This document shows, piece after piece, positions 1 to 11,799 of a stretch of DNA of 64,000 bases. The position numbers were made by a program, and so were the translations under genes. Each line of letters starts with the position of its first letter. Positions within the stretch are counted from its first letter, which is position 1. The stretch is from Lama guanicoe (Eukaryota): NCBI GenBank assembly GCA_013239625.1, contig MU057352.1, positions 23,452,764-23,516,763 on the forward strand, in the 5' to 3' direction. The notes under the pieces are model-generated. The model did not search any database, was not told the DNA's origin, and saw only the letters and a list, made by a program, of their open reading frames with translations.

Positions 1-290
1 CCTCTCCCAGCTCTGTTTCTTCTGGAGATGAGGATCTTTCTCTTTGCAGTGCCTTCTGGGGGAAGGGTCGTGATAATGGGGCTGTGCTGAGTCTCCTGCC
101 TGGGGTGGTGTCTGTCTCTCCAAACCCACCTCCCCCGCACTGGCAGGATGTAGCAGTTTCTTCCCTCCCTCCCTGCCCTCTTCCACTTTCCCGCTACGAG
201 CCAGGCGTTGCACCAGCTATGCGAGACAACGGAGTAGATGAAAAATGTACTGGGGGAGACACAGTGTATTCAAACAACTGTGCTTCACAG

Positions 291-669
291 TGTTAGGGAC
301 TGGATGTTTGGGTGCCCTACCGAACCGCAGATTCAAATGCTGAAGCCCTAACCCCGAGTGTGGGTATACCGGAATTAAGGGAATAATTAAGGTTAAATGA
401 GGTCACAAGGGTGGGGCCCAGCTCTGATAGGATTAGTGTCTTTTTTGATAAAAAGAGGCCCTGGAGAATTCGCTCTCCTACTCTCTCTACCACGTGAGGG
501 CACAACAGGAAGGTGGTTGTCTGCAAGCCGGAGAGCGAGCTCCCACCAGACACCCAGTCAGCTGGACCCTTGATCTCCGGCTCCCGTTTTCCAGGACTGT
601 GAGAACGAATGTCCGCTGTGTGAGCCATGAGGCCCCTGGTGTTGTGTTAATGGGGCCCGAGCTAAGACA
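291..669 (+). mobile_element. MLT1A-like MaLR solo LTR with intact 5-bp TSD (CACAG)
   Basis: TG...CA termini; MLT1A motifs (taaggttaaatgaggtcacaagggtggggccc; gataggattagtgtc; gctaagaca); CACAG at 286-290 and 670-674. Confidence 0.9.
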
Positions 670-2329
670 CACAGTGGATGCATGCCTTGAGCCATAGGCT
701 GCAGGGTAGTTTGATGGCCTTGGCCCCAAAGCCACTCTCCTGGTGCTGAGCCAAGGCTGATGCCTTTGAACTGTCACAGCCCCATCTTCAAAACAAGGAG
801 CCCGGAGGGAGTTCTCTTGTCCTGCTCTGTCTGTACCCTGCCGTTCAGGGTTTCCCAAAGCTGGGCCCAACTCTTTGTTTTCACTCTTCCTTGCTCAGAT
901 GTAATCACGTATATATTGAACCCCCTGTGGGCACAACATCAAGCTTTCGGAAGCAGAGGCAGCTCTGGACTCCTGGTCTTGCTCTTCGCAATCTGCTGGG
1001 CTGCACTCCCCGTGACATATGAGACTGTTCATTTTGTTTGTGGTTTGTGCATTCTGTTGGTCAGTCCTGAAGCACTAAGTACTGGGCACTCTAACAGCGC
1101 CTGCTAGGCACCCCTGATAAGGTTCTGTCCTTCTGGGAGTCGTCGTGGTGTGTGGGGGGAGGGGGTTAGCACCTGCATGATGAAGATACTGCTGCCACTA
1201 CCAGTAATAATAGGAAATGTAGTAACGGCTGAAAAGTGTTATCATTCATGGTGTTCCCAGCACTTTACAGGCATATCTCCTCCGCTCTTCAGAGCATATG
1301 AGGAAGTGGGGATTAACTAACGTGCCCAAGATGGGAACGAAGGCATCTCCCCATGGGATGGGTGTGAAGCACGTACCATTGCTCTGTGCTCTTGCATAAT
1401 TTGAAGTACTTTTTTTTTTTTACACTTGAGGCTGATGTTTAGAAGCTTTTACTAATGAGAGGACCATTTGCTAAATTGATGTAAGTGCCACACATCGCCA
1501 GTAACTCCGTCCCAGTGCGTCTCCTCGTGGCACTTACCGTGGTCCCCAGATGCCTCCCGTTCCCTCCAGGGGCTCTCCCAGCTTGGGCTCCAGGTTCTCT
1601 CCAGGGCTCACGCATCCCTTTCTGTTCCCCTCGGGACCCAGGTTTCCCCGGGGGAACTGGACCAAGTCTGAGATCCAGCAGGTCTATTCTTGGCTTGTCA
1701 TGGAGTGAACGACAGAGCCCCATGTGGCACAGAGCTGTCTTCCGGGGAGCGGGTGGCTTTCAGAAGCCCTGAGCTGTCAGTGCCCAGTGCTGCTTTCAGT
1801 TATTGCCAGGTCTGCTGGGAAGCCCACGCTCTGGCTCCCAGCCATGTTCTCTCCAGTTCCGCCGCTCTCCCGGGGCTGGTTGTAACGATGCCTTTGTGAG
1901 GAAAATACCCATCTTGGGATGCGAGGCAGCCTGAGGATATTTCCCCCCTCCAAACATGAAACCTTTACAACTCAGGGATCCACCTGTCCCAGCATCATTC
2001 ATATTTGGCCACAAGGATTTAGAAGGGAATTTTTCTGCTGTTGAAGAGTAGAGGCATTCTGGCTTCATGCCCGCGGGAAATCAGCTGAGGGACCTTTAAG
2101 AATGTTGAGTTAAGAAAAAGTTTCATCAAAGTAAAAATAAGAGGGAAAAAAAAAAAAGAAAAACGAGTCTAAGTGCCACCCTCCCTGAGCTGGCTTCTTC
2201 CCTGAGTGTCAGCCCTGCCCTTGCTGGCATGGGAGGAAACTGGGAAAGGGACTGGCCACGGGGGCGGGGCAGGCGGGGGAGGTGGGTGAGGAGCACCACA
2301 CGGGCAGCAGAAGGGAGACCCGAGCCCAG

Positions 2330-2440
2330 GTCTCTCTGTTCTGCCACTTGCCAGCCCGGAGCTGGGAGGAGGGCTCCTGGTGCTTCTGAGTCTTGATTTC
2401 CTAGGCTGCAGAGTGGGTTGTTCCCAGGACTAAATGACAT
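2330..2440 (+). mobile_element. MIR SINE fragment
   Basis: degenerate MIR core (ctctgttctgccacttgccagc...ctgagtcttgatttcct). Confidence 0.45.
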
Positions 2441-4898
2441 GATTGTGGCTCCTCTAAGTCACTGAAGCTGCTCCCCCCATTAGAAACCGACACAGGAGTG
2501 TGAGATGCGCTCATTGCTACTGGGGCGTCATTGCTTCTAAGCCTTCTTAGCTGACAGAGCAGTAAAGGGTGTGTGCGGGTACTGACCCACGTGTATACAC
2601 ATGTGGACGAATATTTCCATAGATGTCCATCGCATCTGTGTTAAGTGAACCATGACTTCATACAAATGTCCCAAGTCTAATCCATCACAACACTCCATAG
2701 ACTTTTGAACAGAATATTTTTTTTTGAATATTTTGGTTGGCAAGAGGAGGTACTGAATGGTGGGTTCTGAAAGTCTCCGTGGGCAGAGAGCAGGGAGCTG
2801 AGGACACTGGAATTTTCCCTGTGGGCAGTGTGGTCTCGTGAGCAGAAGTCAAGATACATCGGATGCACTTGGACCAGAGACCCAGAACGTGTACCGCCCA
2901 GAACGCTTGCAGACCAAGACGCTGTCACACTCACAGGCTTTGAGGGCCCTTCTTGAGGTCTCTTGGCCTTCTGTCTTTTTAGGAAGCCTTCCCTGTTTCC
3001 CCTCCCCTCCCATGTCACCCCACTACCTACCATCTCCCCACAGACACTCCTAGAGCCCCCTGGCTTACCCCATCAGAAATGTGCCCACTTTAAAAAAATT
3101 CCCTGCCTGTCTGCTGCTCCCAAGTAGACCAAAGCTTTGAGGGAAGCACCGCGTCTCCTAGGCAGTGCCTTCCCCGACCCCCCAAATCAAAACAGGGTTT
3201 CATTTTTGGTTTCAGAGTTTGTTGGGGAAATAAAGCAGTGGACAGGACACGTGCCCCCGCCTTGTTGGAACCTGCTACGCCCCGGATGGGAATGCAGGAA
3301 CGCACACACTGTGCAGACTCCCTATCTCATTTCCCTTCTGGCCAGGGGTCTCAGACCCAGTTGTCTCCAGGGCCAGGCAGGCAATGTAAGGACTAGCGTG
3401 GGTCTGGGGGGCAGGCAGCAGGGAGTGGCGGGGAGCTGGAAGGCGAACAGGGCCGCCGGAGAGCCAGGACGTCTGGTGCGCTATCCGGGCCTGACAGCCC
3501 AGCGCGGGCCAGCTTCCTGCCTGGCGGCCCAGGGTCTGTGCCTGACTAGTTGTTCATAAGTTTTTTGACTTAACATCCCTGTGCAGGCACAGTGTAAAGG
3601 GGGTGGTGGTCCATCCGTGGCCTCTGACTGTGGTTCTGGAGAGCTGCTGGCCCAGCGTGGCCAGATCTGACTGTTCCAGGGAGGCCGGAAGCTGGGGAGG
3701 TGGGAGGGCCTTGTCCCTTTCTGTTCGCCACCTGTTCCTCATGTTGTCACGGTAGCAACACCTCTTCCCAGGCAGCAGCACTGGGTCCCGGGAGCAACAG
3801 TGGCTTCCAGTTCGCAGGGGTTTTTTGTCCCCCATTCCAGGAACCAGCCTCACTGGCTGCTCTAGAGGTGACCCCCGAGCCGGGGCTCCCCAAGGCCCCG
3901 AGGCTTTTCAGTTCTGGTAACCCTACACCATGGCCCATCCTGAAAAAGGTGTACTTGCTCTGTGCAGCCACCACTTCTCAGACGGGCGCTTTGGAGTCCC
4001 CCTCTTGTCTTTTCAGTAAATGGTTCATTCTTTATCTGAAACTTCACGGGTATGTTTCCTCTGCCCGTGTGGAACCTTGATTAATACGCAAGGTGTATTT
4101 CTGGATTTCCTACCCTTGTTTTCTTCGCTCATTTGAGCTCAAAGCAGGTTTCCAGGCTTGTTGCTTGGAGGTCGAGAGTGTCGCCACCCCGCCCCCCAGC
4201 TGCAGCCCCTGCCGGGAAGCCCTGCGGCTTGCTGTCTTCACCCACCCCCTGCTGCCAGCCCGACAGCCACGGGCCTCTCCCGGGGGGCTCGCCCATGGCC
4301 CCGTTCCACAGCCTGTTGCGCATGGAGGTGATGCTTCGGGTTTTCCACAATGCACACCAGTCCCCAGGGTAGGTGGGGCTTCTCTGTGTCTGCAGGGGCG
4401 TGTGCCCGTGCTGGGTGGAAACAGTCTTGTCAAAATAAACCAGGCCGGGCTGACAGGGGGAAGTGAGGCCGGCCTGAGGAGAAAATGTGGGCTGGGTGCT
4501 TTTGGGGGGTTTCCTCTGTGCGGGTGCCCTGCGGAAGGCTGCCTCGGCCGTGCTTCCTGGACCCTTTGGACCCCCCCAGTGGCCCCCACCAGACCCGAGG
4601 TTCTCCTGTCCCCTCCTCACGATGAGCCACTCACTGAACAGTGTGCCTCCAAACCAGCCCTCCTGCCAGGATCTGCGCCTTTGCTTCCGACAGGATCTCG
4701 TGTCTGAACCCACCGCCCTGACCGGGCACGGCAGTCGTGCTTTTGTCACTCCAGTGCCGAAACCTGATGTTTTTCAGGGCGCAGTGTGGTTGATTATAAA
4801 TCATGATATTTCCCAGGAAGTCTCACTGATGGTGATGAGAAGGATGCCCAGCTGTTCCAAATGCCGGCCTTCGTAAGCTGTGTGGACGCAGCGGGCTG

Positions 4899-5284
4899 TG
4901 TGCGAGTTTGCTGGGGCTGCTGTGTGCTCTTGCAGCTCTCCAGGCTAGCAGCCTGACACCAGAGGGGTTGGCTCCCTTCTCAAGATTCTAGGGGAGAATC
5001 TGCCTTTCCTCTGTCCTTCCTTCCGGTGGTTGCTGGCAACCCTCAGCCTCTCTTAGCTTGTGGCTGCCTCGCTCCAGTCTCTGCCGCCATCCTCACGTGG
5101 CTTTCTCTTCTGGACATCTGGTCCAAATTCCCTTTTCTTACAAGGATCAGGACCACCCTAATCTGACCTCATCTGAGCTCGATTACTTCCGCCAAGACCC
5201 TATTTCCAAATATGGTCACACTCATCAGCACCGGGGTTCAAACTTCTGCATAACTTTTTGGGGGGCACAGGTCCACCTGCACCA
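4899..5284 (-). mobile_element. MLT1C/B-like MaLR solo LTR
   Basis: ctaggggagaatc, ccggtggttgctggcaaccct, aagaccctatttccaaatatggtcaca, ttttggggggcaca typical of antisense MLT1. Confidence 0.8.
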
Positions 5285-5500
5285 AGGGATGTGAAGAAAC
5301 TGTTACAACTTCCAATTTTGTTTACTTTACTTCTTTTCTAGAAAATGTCATACGTTTTACAATAATACAGGTGTTTATGTGTATAAATTATACACAAGTA
5401 CTTGTGCAGATACAGGCGGGGCTGTGCTCAAACGTGACTGATGAGGACATAGTTTAAAAAACAAACCAATCAGGCCACTGTCCTGATTGATGGAGGGGCC

Positions 5501-5846
5501 TGAGCTCAGCCACTTGGGCTGCTGTAACAGCAGACCTTAGACTGGTGGCTTAAACAACGGGAAATTTATTTTCTCACAGGCCTGGGAGCTGGAAAGTGCA
5601 AGATCTGATGAGGGCAGTCTTTCTGCCGTGTCCTCACATGGTGGAGGGAGGGAGGGAGGGAGAGACAGTGTTAGCTTTCTGGTGTCTTCTCTTATAAGGA
5701 CACTAATCCTGTGGGATCAAGGCTCCACCCTCATGACCTCATTTAACCTTAATTACCTCCATGAAGGTCCTGTCTCCGCAGAGTTACATGGGGGACTGGG
5801 ACGTCAACATATGAAGCTAGGGGAGGACATGGCTCAGTCTATAGCA
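5501..5846 (-). mobile_element. MLT1A-like MaLR solo LTR
   Basis: gggctgctgtaaca, ggcttaaacaac, ctcttataaggacactaatcc, catgacctcatttaaccttaattacc; flanks GGGCC/GGTCC (4/5 TSD). Confidence 0.9.
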
Positions 5847-5917
5847 GGTCCCATCTTCTGGATCTTTTTATACACTAGGATTCCCTTGTCTCTTGTGAAT
5901 TACAACAAAAACTTAAA

Positions 5918-6150
5918 GGCTGGTGTGGTAGTTAGAGCCTGACTTAAGTTCTGGTTGCACCTGCTTTTTATCCTGTCTTTTTTTTATTCCTTTATTCTTA
6001 TTTATTTTATTTTATTGTCAATAGCTGGGTGCCTTGGGCAAGTTAATTGCCCTCTCTGAGCCTCACCTTCCACATCTGTGTCACGGAGATCGAGCCCACC
6101 TAGGGGATTGGGAGGGTAAGTGAGGTCCCTGAGGAGGTGCTTCGTAGCCG
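5918..6150 (+). mobile_element. MIR SINE with internal (TTTTA)n tract
   Basis: ccttgggcaagttaattgccctctctgagcctcaccttccacatctgt MIR core. Confidence 0.7.
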
Positions 6151-6659
6151 TTAGCAGTCTTCCCATCTGCCTGTGTCTCACTCTTCCCTGCCCTCCAGCA
6201 GCGACTGCCGGGCCCCTGCCCTAGTCGAGTGAGCGAGCTTAAACGGGGTCAGTGCTTAGCAGTGGGGGTGGCTCCCAGTGTGTCGCAGGCCTTCCTGGGC
6301 CCTGTCTGTCTTTCTCAGCCCTTCTGTTTGTCCCGTCTGCTCTCACTATCAGTAATGTCATCGTTCTGCTGTTGACCGCTCATTTTGTTTTTCATACATG
6401 GCTTGTCTTGACTCAGGCCAGCTTGTGCGGCAGAGCTGTGGGTCTAGCCCGCGTGTGCACAGCAGACGATCAACGGCTGTGGATGTGTTGGGTTTGTTGG
6501 GTGGGAGAGAAGGGAGGGCTTTGACTTCCGCCTTCTCCCCCTCTGATCATCTCCAAGGAGTCGGGCAGTGGGATGGACGAGCTCTCCAACTTCCCCTCAC
6601 TGCCCACTGCCCATTCTGCTGATGGCCCAGGGCACAGGGTCTTTGTAAGCGTGGAGAGG

Positions 6660-6845
6660 GGCCCAGTACTGTGGTCACTAGGAACCCGAGCCTGGGAGTC
6701 ACATAAACCTGGTAAATTCATGTCCTAAGCCTGCCCCTCACTGTTAGCAAGGCCTTGGGCAAAATCTTGGTTTTCACTCTTGCAAAATGAAGCTAATGAT
6801 GGTACCTGTTTCATCAGGCGGCTGTGGGGAGGAAGTGAGGTAACT
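6660..6845 (+). mobile_element. MIR SINE
   Basis: ccttgggcaaa...gcaaaatgaagctaatgatggtacct MIR pattern. Confidence 0.6.
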
Positions 6846-7723
6846 CTTGTCACCCCTAGGACCACGGTAGTCCAGACGAGGGGGAGGGACCTGGGCTGGG
6901 ACGACCACGGCCCTCCGCGTGAACTCTGAACTAGGCTTCCAGAGACCAGTGCCGCGCTCATCCCTGCGTGGCCCTGGCCACGTGACTCTCCCTCTGTGGG
7001 TTTCTGCTCTCTCACCTCTAAAGGTTAATGATGCTCTTCTCCAAGTTGACTTTATGCCATGAAGTGGGTTGTAAAACACAACCCAGGGGTTCATAATTAT
7101 CATTAACAAGTTTGATGGAGAAACCTCATTACTCCATTTCTATTGTTTTAGACTTTAGTGAGTTGTCGTTGAAGGCTGGAGCCGAGGCCAGGAGGGGATT
7201 GGTACAAGGTCAAGCTTTTGAAGTCCCTCTCAAATAGCAAACCCGTATGGCATCTTGCAGATCTATGGGAGGCTTGTTGGCTTTTTTCTGGTATCTTTAG
7301 TACCCATACCTGCTGTTGACTCCCGCTTGGTCTGGAGCCCTGACCTTGTCCTCAGAAAATGCCTCCATGTCCAGATGCACTGGAGATCCCAGTTCTCCTG
7401 ACTCCTGCTCATCTCACTGCATCTGTCGCCTCCCATTCCCTTTGCTCCCGGGTTAGGCATTCTGGCAGGTTGTTGTTGGTGAGGGACAGTGTGTCGTCTC
7501 CTGCACTGCTGGGTGCTGAGGAATTAATTGGGCCAAGCTCATGGGAGGCAGGTTTGGCACAGTGTGTGTAGCTGTGACCCAGCCGTCCCACCTCTAATGA
7601 ATCTGACTTCTAGAAAGCACATTTCAAAAGGTATTCATTTTGCAGCACTGATAAGATAGCAGAGGCTGGAGGGCCGCCTCCCTGATTAACAGTGTCGCAC
7701 TCAGCAGTCACGGAGAAGGATGA

Positions 7724-8316
7724 GATGCTGGGACCTTCTGAGGGCTAGACCGCGAGGTGCGTGGTGCTGGCTTGTCCCAGGACAGATGGTGTTCACCTTG
7801 ATGAATGTTGTGTCTGCCAGGTTTCTCCGCCATGAAGACACTATTTCTCCCTTTGTAATTAAGAAGTATCTTATCAGGAGATACTTTGATACTGTATAAA
7901 TATTACCTTTCTCTTCATACTTTCACCTAACTTTAGCATCCATTGATGATTCTTGCCTGAAACTGTTATTACTGTCATTGCTAAACAGCTTCTGTTTACA
8001 TCATCACTTCTATTTTTATCAGTTGAAATTCTAACATAAGGAAGAACTTTGCTTTCTTTTCCATTAAAAAAATCAATTATTTAGATCAGTATGAACTCCT
8101 AAATTCTTAACTTTATTATATTGGTTACAGTCCATGACTGCAGTTTTTTTCCCCTCAAATTTTCCTAGGCTTGGCCATTGGATGCCCTTCCAGTTGGGTT
8201 CTGTGTCCTTTTTGACGTCGCCCCATTGTTTTTTGAGCTCTGCCTTCCTCTCTGGAACCACAAGATGTTCCAGGCTCGCGTTGTGCTGTCCCCGCCCCAG
8301 CCCTGGAGTCAGCCAT
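7724..8316 (-). mobile_element. L1MC-type 3' UTR segment (inverted part)
   Basis: tgtctgccaggtttctcc, ccctttgtaattaagaagtat, aagatgttccaggctc, ccccagccctggagtcagccat match antisense L1MC 3' UTR. Confidence 0.75.
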
Positions 8317-8730
8317 CGCTTCTGTGCTGTTCTTGCCAGAAGTGAATTTAATAATGAGGAAATACCAGACAAACCCGAAGTGAGGAACATTCCGCAAAAG
8401 TCACTGGCCAGTGCTCTTCCAAAAGGAAAGGCAAAGCAAGGCTGAAGAACGATGCCAGATTAGAGACTAGCAGGGGTGATGACTAAAGGCAGTGAGTGAC
8501 CCTGGGTTGGATTCTGGATTGGAAAAAGACATTATTGGTACAATTTGGTACGTCTCTGGGTTAAGCAATAGGGTTATATGCATGTGAATTTCTTGATACA
8601 ACTTGATCATTATAATATGGTTGTATAAGGTAATGATACTGAGAAATTGCAAGGCTGTAGGAATCCATTCTATTTTTGAACTCTTTAGTAAGTGTGGAAT
8701 TAATTCAAAATGAAAAGCCAAAAAAAAAAC
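8314..8730 (+). mobile_element. L1MC-type 3' end with A tail
   Basis: atgaggaaataccagacaaacccgaagtgaggaacattc, aaaagacattattggtacaattt, ends in an A-run at ~8720-8729. Confidence 0.8.
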
Positions 8731-8789
8731 CCGAAGTACAAACAATTGAGATGAATATATATAATATGAACAGGTGTCTACAGTCAAAT

Positions 8790-9100
8790 AATTGAAGAAG
8801 AAACATCGTGGTCCTTTTTGTGCAGAATTGGCCCACCTTTGTAAAAAGAAGACAGAACAAAATAGCACTGTGCAATTTGCTCAGGGGAGAAATTCTGAGA
8901 AGGGTATGAACTTCCTGTTAACAGACATTTCCGGGAAATGTGATTGCTGGGAAGGTGTGAGAAAGTGGGAACTTTTACTTGGTGATCTCTTTTTTTTTTT
9001 TTTTTCTGAAGCACAGAACATGCTTTAATTGCAGTGGGAAAGTGATGTGCTGTGTGGTTTGAGCGTGTGGTTGTGCCTCTGCACGTGAGCCTTTGGTTGT
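8790..9100. promoter_or_regulatory. Candidate enhancer: STAT/ETS/RBPJ/RUNX/E-box motif cluster
   Basis: GAS TTCTGAGAA 8893-8901 and TTCCGGGAA 8929-8937; ETS CTTCCTGT 8911; GTGAGAA 8957; GTGGGAA 8965 and 9034; TGTGGTT 9053 and 9066; CACGTG 9082; non-repetitive DNA. Confidence 0.45.
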
Positions 9101-9740
9101 GATGCCTTCCATCCGACGCAGTTTCTGTTGTGTTTTCCTGTGCAGGCAATGCCGTGCAGAAAGTCTTACCTGATGGACACTCACCTATGTTTTAACCTAC
9201 TGTGCGCTTTCTCACTTCTGAGCCTTAACAAAGTCGGCTGGTTGTAGGCACAAAGGGGGCCCGTGGACCATCCTACCTGACAGTGATGCCAGCTGGCCCT
9301 TCTTAACCTGCACGCAATGGAGCTCAAAATTATTCACTCTCCAACTCTGTAGGGGGACCTTTTCTTCCTAAGCGTGTATCCTTTTGTTCCCCCCGGAGGA
9401 GCATAAATCAGAAATCTGCCAAGCGACAGTCCTCATGTTTGCTCCTCTGAGGAGCAGTGACTCACTCGTCAAGCGATGCCTGATATCTCGAAACCCAATT
9501 CATTTGTGAACCATCATCGGTTTCTCCCAGGAATTTTTAATGATCACTAGACTTTTGTGGTTCATGTAAAATTTCACTTAGGCAGATTTATTTTTCATGC
9601 ATAGGTTTGTTTTCCCATCTTAGAGTGGACCTCCTTGATTTAAAAAGGGAGAAGCAAAGACGAACATAACGTTTCTTGAGGGCCTAAACTGGGTGCACCG
9701 AACTGTTACAAACATCAACTACTGTTACTGCCTCCCATGA

Positions 9741-10057
9741 CAGTTGGCCCCCTATGTTCCCGGGCTCCACATCTGCAGATTCAACCAACCACAGATTAAA
9801 AATATTCGGAAAAAAATTCCAGAAAGTTCCAAAAAGCAGAACTTGAATTTGCTGCATGCTGGCAACTATTTACATAGTATTTACATTGTGTGAAGTATTG
9901 GAAGTAATCTAAAGATGATTTAAAGGGTACAGGAGGATGTGCATTGGTTATATACAAATACTACACCAGTGTATGTAAGGGACTCGAGCATCCAGGGATT
10001 TTGGTATCTGTGGGGGTCCTGGAAACATTCCCCTGAGGACCACTAAGGGAGAACCAT
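9741..10057 (-). mobile_element. MER2/MER2B (TcMar-Tigger) non-autonomous DNA transposon
   Basis: gattcaaccaacc, aattccagaaagttccaaaaagcagaacttgaatttgc, aagggactcgagcatccagggattttggtatc. Confidence 0.9.
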
Positions 10058-10339
10058 ACATACATAACTCTCTCCCAGTCCATCAGTGTGGAAACTGATC
10101 TGCAAAAAACCTGCCTCCCACAGGCACGCTCACTGACTTAGCTCTTGAATGAATGTCCCTCCCTTTGCTCCGCTGTTCCTTACTCTTTCTGGGGTTCATT
10201 CTCCAGAATAGGTTGTGTTCTCTTCCTTCTGCTCACTGGGCTGTCCCATCACCTCCTGGAGCCCCTAAATGCCAGCTCCAGTCTCGCCTTCTGAGTCCCT
10301 TTGCCTAGTTCTGCCATGGTGTTGCCGATGACTCCCTCA

Positions 10340-10540
10340 GTAATGATTGTAATGAGGTGACAACAGTACAATGAGAATATTTATAAGTGTCTTTATCGAG
10401 CCCTTGCTGTGCTGGGCAAAATGCTGAGCCCTCCCAGGCATTAGGTCATTGCTTCTCCCATCCACCCAGTGAGCGGTAGGGGCTCCCTGTGGGCTGGGGG
10501 CCTGAAACCCACAGCCGGGTCTGGCTAGCAACCAGAAGCT
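10340..10540 (-). mobile_element. MIR SINE fragment
   Basis: tttatcgagcccttgctgtgctgggca...gtcattgcttctcccatccacccagtgag. Confidence 0.5.
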
Positions 10541-11117
10541 AAGGTCGGTCCAGAAGCTAACCTTTCCATTTCAGTGTTCACTTAGGTAGCTGAGCTCCTG
10601 CACGGGGCTGGTGCAAGCTAGGGAGCACCGCCAAATTATCTCTCCTGCAGAAGTAGAGCCATGCACTCCCGGACATTATCAATATATGGTTGAACTAATA
10701 ATCATAGCATCACCATTTTATCAGGGACATAATCAAGCTCATAACGAGGTATCCCAATTGTAAGCGACACAGCTTAGGCATATAAAAAGCATATAAAATG
10801 TTAAGTGTCTACTTACTTCATTAACAGAAGCATTTTTTTTTTCAACCAAAGGGTATAGGAAAGAAGGGGGAAAATCCAATCTTTCTTTAAAAATAATAAT
10901 CATCTTCCAAATAAGCCCGCGAAAAAAAGCGACAAGACTTTCAGGAACTCTGATTTAAAAATTGTTTTAGCTACAGTCAGAAAACTATCACGTGACAGAG
11001 TATCTGTCTTTTAAAATATTCGCTACATTAAAGGCTCTATTCTATTTGTCTTGGGTAAAACACAGGTACCATTACACCAGAAATATTTCACAGTCTCCTT
11101 TCGTTTTTTTCTTTCAG

Positions 11118-11197
11118 GTCCTCTCTGTCAAATTGCACTGCAGGGCAAACATTAATTGAACTGTAAGGCTTTTTTGGTCTGAAGACATTAAAGACAT
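11118..11197 (+). other. Candidate 80-nt non-coding or poison exon
   Basis: strong acceptor ctccttttcgtttttttctttcag| and donor AT|GTAAGT; stop codons in all three frames; lies in an AT-rich repeat-free island. Confidence 0.5.
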
Positions 11198-11799
11198 GTA
11201 AGTGTTATTAAATGAGCCTTTAACCAGAGCTGTGTGATTTTCTCAAAGTAGATTTATATGTATATATACATGTAAATATATAAATACAAATATACATGTA
11301 TAAAAAACAGCACAACATGAGATTTTTGAGAAATACATTGGAAAAATCTCTTAACACTTGGCAAATCTAACAAAAGCCGTGGTTTTGCCCATTCTGATGC
11401 ATCCTTATGTGAATGTGAGCAGAGTAAACAAAAGATACGCAAGCAAATGACCGTACATGTCCCGTCTTCAGTGTTTGAAATAACCGGAGGAGAAAACCAC
11501 ATGGTGACATCCCAATTTTATGTGAACTAAACACAGCATTCTAATATATATTTTGGTATAAAATATTTTAATATTGGATTCAATTAATGTTTGTATGAAT
11601 ATTAGTATGAAATATTTTAGGAGAAAAACATACTGAAAATGTACATGTAGATGTGCTGGGTGATTGGCACGCAGTCTTTCTAAATTTCCTGTCAGTAAAG
11701 TTCTGGCTGAGGAAATAGATTTATGAATCATGGCTCGACCCAGTATGATTTCAGGAACATCAGCTGGTGAAGATCTGAGCGTTCCCCAGGCTGCACAGC

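Noticed and set aside
1439-1723. Minus-strand ORF with collagen-like PPGKPGSRGE and a GTAAGT donor at ~1538
   Set aside because: The Gly-X-Y register holds for only about three triplets and then breaks; there is no good acceptor and no other collagen-like exons.
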